From IMG/VR virus record IMGVR_UViG_3300022539_000516: a DNA stretch of 21,583 nt. One strand, given 5' to 3'. Below the pieces are notes generated by a model. It did not search any database, was not told the DNA's origin, and was given only the letters and a program-made list of their open reading frames with translations. Source of the stretch: a virus. Both the position numbers and the translations under genes were made by a program. Numbering within the stretch: position 1 is the stretch's first letter; every line of letters begins with the position of its first letter. This document shows positions 16,605-21,583 of the stretch, one piece after another.

Positions 16605-17429
16605 TTGGGGAGGCATATACTATTAGTGAAAGGGTATCTATCGAACGTTCCAGGTGGTGACGCTGGTACAGCATCGGTATTACGCAAGATGAAGTACCTT
16701 GTTAGAAAGTATAAGACAGACCCAAGTGTTTTAAAATTAGCTAGAGGTATAGCAGTTTCCACTGGAGAACGAGATACAGAGAAGATAACTGATGCGATTT
16801 ATTATTGGGTGAAAGAACATTTACCTTATGTTCGTGATGCATGGAATGTGGAGCAATTAGCTTCTATAAAAGCAGCATTGGAATTAAGAGGTGAAGATTG
16901 TGACGGACACACGATAGCTGTTTTGACTTTATCAGAAGCAGTAGGTATTCCGGGTAGAATGGTTGCATGCGAAAAATTCGGCATGAAAGGGTTTAGCCAC
17001 GTCTATGGTCAAACATGGATAAGAGAAACTAACAATTGGAAAAGTTTGGATACAACTGCGAAGGAACCATATTCTTTTCCGGGATATACCCCTCCTGGAA
17101 TGCAACGGTATATGATTCTTCCTGTAGACAAATTACCGCAAGAAGCGAAGAAGAATGTTCAGATAAATCCATTCTCTTCGTTTTTTTATTTAGAAAAATC
17201 TAATCTTGGAGAGCAAGAAAAGATAGATATATATTCAGGTTTGAATAAAATGCTTGAGAACATAAATATAGTTAAAGGCAGAGCAAAAGGGCTAGTTGAG
17301 TCATATAAAAAACTTAAACCTAAAATGAAATGGTTTTATTGGGGAGGAGAATTTTGGAAAACGCCTATTCCTATAATAATAGGGGGGCTGGCGATTATTC
17401 TGGCCGTACAGAAATTAAGGGTACGCTAA
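16605..17429 (+). CDS. Transglutaminase-like Cys-His-Asp protein (probable cysteine protease) with C-terminal TM
   Basis: 'IYYWVKEHLPYVRD','GEDCDGH' (Cys), 'GIPGRMV','FSHVY' (His), 'WKSLDTT' (Asp). Tail 'PIIIGGLAIILAVQK'. Start is TTG 16605 or GTG 16626 (after GGGGAGG). Confidence 0.85.
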   Translation: MGRHILLVKGYLSNVPGGDAGTASVLRKMKYLVRKYKTDPSVLKLARGIAVSTGERDTEKITDAIYYWVKEHLPYVRDAWNVEQLASIKAALELRGEDCDGHTIAVLTLSEAVGIPGRMVACEKFGMKGFSHVYGQTWIRETNNWKSLDTTAKEPYSFPGYTPPGMQRYMILPVDKLPQEAKKNVQINPFSSFFYLEKSNLGEQEKIDIYSGLNKMLENINIVKGRAKGLVESYKKLKPKMKWFYWGGEFWKTPIPIIIGGLAIILAVQKLRVR

Positions 17430-18319
17430 ATCTTCTTGGCTCTTTAACCGTTTTGGATATTCCATCATGGGATATGAATGTTCTTTTACCGATAACTGAG
17501 AAACAAGTTATGAATGCTAAAACTATAAAGTTTCCGTATGAATATAATGCTTACACTGGAGAATTATCTATTGGTTTGAACGGTCTATTGGTAGGTAACG
17601 ATGGATGTTTCTTGGGAGAATTAGAAGGCTTAGGAATTTTTGGAATTAAAATTAAAATTGGTATTCCTGGATTTATAAAAAAGATTGGGCGAGGAGTAAA
17701 AAAAGTGGTAAAAGGAACAATAAATGCAGCTATAAATGTAGGTAAAAAAGCATTAAAAGTTACCAAAAAAGCAAGAGAAGCTCTTTGGAAATACACCGGC
17801 ATGGAATTTCTTACAAAAACTATTCCTCAAAAAGCATGGAAACATAGAAGAGGTTTACTTCAAATAGGAGCAGTGGCAGCTTTGGTAGCAGTAGCAGTGG
17901 TAGCGGCTCCTGCTCTTGTCGGTGCAGCTGGTGCTATAGGAAATGCAGCAGCGAGTGCAGGAATAGCGATAGGCAAAGGAGCGGTAGCAGCAGGAAAATT
18001 TGCATTAACGGCTGGCAAGTTTGCTATTAAGAATTGGAAGACGATAGACAAAATAAATACTGTCAGAGAAGGTGCACAGTCGTTGATGCAACAACATCCT
18101 GAATTATCCCAACAAGAAGCAGAACAAATAATGACTCAAACTGCTCAGGTAACACAGGAAGCTGTAGCTCATCCGGAGCAATTTAAGGCTCCACCAATAC
18201 TTGTAGAATCTAAATCACTACAGCATCGTAAAGCTGGTTTTTCTATAGTTGGTATAGGAATAGTTAGTTTACTTTTAGTTGCAGGAATAGCTGTACCTAT
18301 GTTAATAAAAAGGAGGTAG
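17354..18319 (+). CDS. Putative virion membrane protein: LG motifs, cationic amphipathic helix, Ala/Gly-rich hydrophobic segment, C-terminal TM
   Basis: GGAGG at 17343-17347, 6 nt before in-frame TTG 17354 (ORF open from 17330). 'FLGELEGLGIFG...FIKKIGRGVKKVVKG'; 'IGAVAALVAVAVVAAPALVGAAGA'; C-terminal 'IVGIGIVSLLLVAGIAVPMLIKRR'. Confidence 0.75.
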   Translation: MENAYSYNNRGAGDYSGRTEIKGTLNLLGSLTVLDIPSWDMNVLLPITEKQVMNAKTIKFPYEYNAYTGELSIGLNGLLVGNDGCFLGELEGLGIFGIKIKIGIPGFIKKIGRGVKKVVKGTINAAINVGKKALKVTKKAREALWKYTGMEFLTKTIPQKAWKHRRGLLQIGAVAALVAVAVVAAPALVGAAGAIGNAAASAGIAIGKGAVAAGKFALTAGKFAIKNWKTIDKINTVREGAQSLMQQHPELSQQEAEQIMTQTAQVTQEAVAHPEQFKAPPILVESKSLQHRKAGFSIVGIGIVSLLLVAGIAVPMLIKRR

Positions 18320-18324
18320 AAAAA

Positions 18325-19080
18325 ATGGTAGACCCTAGTGAGTATTTTAGAGTAGCAAGTCATCCTTCATCTTCGTATCCACCGGGCACCGCAAGTGAAT
18401 CTGGTTGGGTAAAAAAAGATTCAGCTTGGTCATCAAATGGACAAGTGGTAGATGAGGAAATGGTAGAATCTTTTATCGACGATGAGTTGCTTGGTTGGGA
18501 AGCTGAAGGTTGGCGAACCGGTGGGTGGGCTGAAGAAGGAAAATATTTAGGAGAAATTAGTGCAGATGCTAAGCATATTAAATTGAATATGAATAATGGT
18601 GATGTAGTATTTATTCCTCATAGGGGAGGAGAACTCTTCGTAAAAGATTTTTATGATTCTCCAGAAGATGTAGAAATTTTAGTTCGCCCTATTGGAAATA
18701 AAATGTTTATGTCTGTAAATGGTTTAGGAGAATTAGATGTAACGGGGCTTGGAAGTCTAGAAGGATGGGATTGGTTAACAAAACCTTTAAAAGCAGTTGT
18801 TAATTTGGGCAAAAAAGCAGTTGAAGTAGCAGGAAAAGTAGTTGGAGGAGTATTTAAGAAAGGTACACCTCCAGCTCCACCTGCGGCGCAGGCATATCCT
18901 GAAGCATATCCTGGAGCAACACCATATCCAGGAGTTCCTGGTTATGCTCCCCAGTATGCAGGTGCAACACCTGCGTTATACGAACCGAAAAGAAGAATGA
19001 ATCCGTGGCTTATTGGCGGTATTTCCGTAGGTGGTTTAGCTATTCTTGGAACAGTAATTTTTCTTGTTTCAAGAAAATAG
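18325..19080 (+). CDS. Putative virion membrane protein (paralog A) with Pro/Tyr-rich linker and C-terminal TM
   Basis: AGGAGGT RBS; 'GLGELDVTGLGSLEGWDWLTKPLK'; YPG-type repeats; 'NPWLIGGISVGGLAILGTVIFLVSRK'. Confidence 0.78.
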   Translation: MVDPSEYFRVASHPSSSYPPGTASESGWVKKDSAWSSNGQVVDEEMVESFIDDELLGWEAEGWRTGGWAEEGKYLGEISADAKHIKLNMNNGDVVFIPHRGGELFVKDFYDSPEDVEILVRPIGNKMFMSVNGLGELDVTGLGSLEGWDWLTKPLKAVVNLGKKAVEVAGKVVGGVFKKGTPPAPPAAQAYPEAYPGATPYPGVPGYAPQYAGATPALYEPKRRMNPWLIGGISVGGLAILGTVIFLVSRK

Positions 19081-19093
19081 ATAGGAGGATTTA

Positions 19094-19654
19094 GTGCCGG
19101 AAAATATTCTTGAAAAATTAGATGTTGATGAAGAGAATTTTATGCAAAATAACATCCTTGGACAGTTAGATGCTGACGAAAAAAATCTTTATATATACAC
19201 AGATGACTATGGAGAAGTAGTAATTCCTCATAATAGTGGAACTCTGTGGGCAGAAAGAATTGTTGATAAAGCAGGAGAAAATATACGGGTCGATTTATTA
19301 AAGAGGGGTGAGTTGCCGGTAATGCATTTATGGGGATTAGGAGATATAAAATTAGGAGGGGATATACTTTTAGGAGAAGAGAATTGGCTTTCAAATCTAT
19401 GGAAAGGTATAACGGAGTTACCCCAAAAAGTTGGAGAATTAATAAATATAGGACAAAAAGCTAAAGAAACAGTTGAAAATATAATTGAAAAAGGCGTAGA
19501 AGCTACTCAGGCTCTTGTTGAAAAGACAGAACCAGATAAACCGGCTGGTAAAAATCCACTTATTATTGGTGGTGTCGTAGTTGCGGCATTAGCTCTTGTT
19601 CTTGTAGTAATTTCTGGTGTTATGCCTAGGATGAAAAAAGGAGGAGTAGAATGA
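19094..19654 (+). CDS. Putative virion membrane protein (paralog B) with C-terminal TM
   Basis: AGGAGG RBS with GTG start; aligns by eye with 18325-19080; 'NPLIIGGVVVAALALVLVVISGV..RMKK'. Confidence 0.78.
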   Translation: MPENILEKLDVDEENFMQNNILGQLDADEKNLYIYTDDYGEVVIPHNSGTLWAERIVDKAGENIRVDLLKRGELPVMHLWGLGDIKLGGDILLGEENWLSNLWKGITELPQKVGELINIGQKAKETVENIIEKGVEATQALVEKTEPDKPAGKNPLIIGGVVVAALALVLVVISGVMPRMKKGGVE

Positions 19655-20082
19655 GTTGGGGAAATAGAGATTTAGCGTGGGATGCTAATTTAGCAAGCGT
19701 AGTCGGTCAAGCAGACCCACCAACTTTTGCAGGAGTAGGTCAGGCAGACCCACCGACTTTTGCAGAAATAGGACCGGTAGACCCACCGACTTTTGCCGGA
19801 CCGTGGAATTATAACAGAGAATATGATTTAGGACAGTTACGAGTCAGGGCAATTCAAGATGTTAGAAGAGTTGTTACGATAGGAGCAATACCATCTGGTA
19901 TGATAGAGAATGTCAAAAGATTATTGAATCATTATAGGGCAACTATATTTATTAATATATACAATAGAGTTTCTAGAGAATTTTTGATAGTTGCACATGG
20001 TGTAAATAACAGATGTTTAGTAGATTTAAACACTTTGGTTAAACAGATAGGCGCAGGAATGAATGTAGTGCTTACTTATTAG
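19651..20082 (+). CDS. Hypothetical protein with three 11-aa DPPTFA repeats
   Basis: AGGAGG RBS; ATGA overlap; VGQADPPTFAG/VGQADPPTFAE/IGPVDPPTFAG, then 'DLGQL'. Confidence 0.75.
   Translation: MSWGNRDLAWDANLASVVGQADPPTFAGVGQADPPTFAEIGPVDPPTFAGPWNYNREYDLGQLRVRAIQDVRRVVTIGAIPSGMIENVKRLLNHYRATIFINIYNRVSREFLIVAHGVNNRCLVDLNTLVKQIGAGMNVVLTY
19702..19800 (+). repeat. 3 x 33-bp coding tandem repeat
   Basis: Units 19702-19734, 19735-19767 and 19768-19800 share the core GACCCACCRACTTTTGC. Confidence 0.9.
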
Positions 20083-20115
20083 TCTTTATAATTTGTTGTT
20101 AAAGGAAGAAGAAAA

Positions 20116-20784
20116 ATGTCAACTTCTCAAGTTTTAATGCGAGATGTTTATCCAGACTTATACGGTCTTGGAGAAAATGTAAATCGTAGAGTGATAACTG
20201 TTAAATCCTTTTCTGATTTAGAAAATATATTTGGTACACAAAAAGCATGCAATATAATAAAAAATAATATCGAAAAAGGCAATATTACAGAACAACAAGC
20301 ACAGGTTTATTTTGGAGAATTAGGGGAATTAGGGCATATATTCAGCCCACGTCTTCCGAGTTTTAATACAACAATAAATAGTCAGAAAATTAGTTTTTCT
20401 GGAGGAAAATTGTATAATGTTGTTATCCGTGCTTTTATGACAAAAATAACAGGAAGTACAAGTAAATCTGAGCATGAAAAGAAAATATATGAATCTAAAT
20501 CAATTCATGCTATAAACAATAGTGACTTAACGGAAAAAGGGAAGACAATGTGGCTTAATGCAGTAGGTAATTATTTAGGCCCATCTAAAATTGCAGGTTT
20601 TATGAGTGGAGTAAAGAGTATAATGGGAAAACCTTTTGAATTAGTAGGAGGAGTTGCTAGAGGTGCATTAATTGGAATTCCTGTTCTTATAATAGGGGTT
20701 CTAGGTGCAGCCCTTTTAGCAATAAATATGATTACAAAGACAAATATACAAACTCCCTATGGAGGCATACAGGGTAGAAAATGA
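20116..20784 (+). CDS. Putative virion membrane protein with LG motifs and C-terminal TM
   Basis: 'YGLGEN','FGELGELGH','YLGPSKIAGFMSGVKSIMGK'; TM 'ALIGIPVLIIGVLGAALLAI'. Confidence 0.75.
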   Translation: MSTSQVLMRDVYPDLYGLGENVNRRVITVKSFSDLENIFGTQKACNIIKNNIEKGNITEQQAQVYFGELGELGHIFSPRLPSFNTTINSQKISFSGGKLYNVVIRAFMTKITGSTSKSEHEKKIYESKSIHAINNSDLTEKGKTMWLNAVGNYLGPSKIAGFMSGVKSIMGKPFELVGGVARGALIGIPVLIIGVLGAALLAINMITKTNIQTPYGGIQGRK

Positions 20785-21350
20785 GACTAAAACAAGCAGT
20801 TAAAGAAGTATTTGGGGATTCTATAAAGATTGATAAAAGTTTGAATAAGTTTCCTCAGACTATAGAAGTAAAAGGAGTTCCGCATACAAGCTGGCTTTTA
20901 GGTGATTTGTTAGGTTTTGTTATTCAAACAGAAGAGGGAAAACTGGAATATTTATATTTTGTTGAAAATTATCCTTTATTGTGCAGTGATAGAAAAGGTT
21001 CTCAGTTATTTATCTCTATGACAAGAGGAGCAAAAGTAAAAGAGTTGAACGGTGAAAAACAATTTAAAAAGATACTTGCAGAAAATTTTAAACATTATAT
21101 TGCTTTTCACGAAGGTTTAAAACCAGATAAAGTTTTAAATGTAGAATTTCCTTCGCAGAAAGATTTTAAAAATGCAAAAGTAACTGGAGCAGTTAGATTG
21201 GTTGCCTATATAGCAAATAAAGGAAGAGAAAAGGATATAACTTATGTTCATAAACATGATTCTCCTTATCCATTATTAATTCAAAATAGAAATAATTTTG
21301 CATATTCTGGTGGAGCGTATACAATTGGTCCACCAGGCATAATGCATTGA
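20781..21350 (+). CDS. Hypothetical beta-rich protein with weak internal duplication
   Basis: 189-aa ORF; ATGA overlap; 'Y.....YPLL' occurs twice; C-terminus 'GGAYTIGPPGI'. Confidence 0.72.
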   Translation: MRLKQAVKEVFGDSIKIDKSLNKFPQTIEVKGVPHTSWLLGDLLGFVIQTEEGKLEYLYFVENYPLLCSDRKGSQLFISMTRGAKVKELNGEKQFKKILAENFKHYIAFHEGLKPDKVLNVEFPSQKDFKNAKVTGAVRLVAYIANKGREKDITYVHKHDSPYPLLIQNRNNFAYSGGAYTIGPPGIMH

Positions 21351-21378
21351 ATCTTGAATGAAAGGAGGTGAAAAAGAA

Positions 21379-21583
21379 ATGAGTGAATTTAGCATGGTTG
21401 CTAATCCTTCTGATAGCGAGGACTTGCTTGATGCCTTTCTTAATGAAAACGTAGAGGCTAATCCTAAGAAGAAGAAAAAGACGACTAAGAAAAAGAGAAA
21501 GACTACGAAGAAAAAGACACCGACTAGAAAAAAGAGAAAGACTACGAAGAAAAAGACACCGACTAGAAAAAAGAGAAAGACTA
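21379..21583 (+). CDS. Highly basic Lys/Arg/Thr repeat protein (putative DNA-condensing/core protein), 3'-truncated
   Basis: AGGAGGTGA RBS. MSEFSMVANPSDSEDLLDAFLNENVEANPKKKKKTTKKKRKTTKKKTPTRKKRKTTKKKTPTRKKRKT runs off the window end; not in ORF track. Confidence 0.8.
   Translation, partial: MSEFSMVANPSDSEDLLDAFLNENVEANPKKKKKTTKKKRKTTKKKTPTRKKRKTTKKKTPTRKKRKT
21490..21583 (+). repeat. Perfect 39-bp tandem repeat (KKRKTTKKKTPTR), at least 2.4 copies
   Basis: AAAAAGAGAAAGACTACGAAGAAAAAGACACCGACTAGA at 21490-21528 and 21529-21567, partial at 21568-21583. Confidence 0.92.

Noticed and set aside
366-19394. All minus-strand ORFs and the short alternative-frame + ORFs in the track (e.g. 6396, 6612, 6825, 10783)
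   Set aside because: They are shadows of well-supported + strand genes, with biased F/L/I/S composition and no recognisable motifs.
19702-19800. 33-bp repeats as a CRISPR array
   Set aside because: The units are contiguous with no spacers, in frame, and vary largely at codon third positions; no cas genes are present.
20064-20092. Internal promoter at TATAAT 20087-20092
   Set aside because: No -35 or extended -10 element; a lone TATAAT is expected by chance in AT-rich DNA.
1-21583. Diversity-generating retroelement, retron or known defence system
   Set aside because: No reverse transcriptase, no template/variable repeat pair and no recognisable defence-gene motifs were seen.

Overview
AT-rich window in which every credible gene is on the + strand, tightly packed and often translationally coupled (ATGA/TAATG overlaps, GGAGG/AGGTGA ribosome-binding sites, many TTG/GTG starts). 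It reads as a segment of a bacterial virus or provirus: it has a peptidoglycan amidase, a Holliday-junction-resolvase-like nuclease, a MazG-like protein, a free-standing LAGLIDADG endonuclease, small Zn-ribbon ORFans and a Rho-independent terminator. Positions 1-16.3 kb are dominated by a glycan-building cluster: about six glycosyltransferase-like genes, three SAM methyltransferases, a PIG-L deacetylase, a radical SAM/SPASM enzyme with an atypical CX5CX2C motif, and a probably inactive GDP-fucose-synthase-like protein. A 325-nt intergenic region (16280-16604) is packed with hairpins. After it comes a putative virion module: a transglutaminase-like Cys-His-Asp protein followed by C-terminally membrane-anchored proteins sharing 'LG' motifs that precede amphipathic helices, then a very basic repeat protein. 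This module suggests a tailless, membrane-containing virus with protease-activated membrane-active proteins. That is inference only: no capsid, packaging ATPase or polymerase gene is recognisable in the window.
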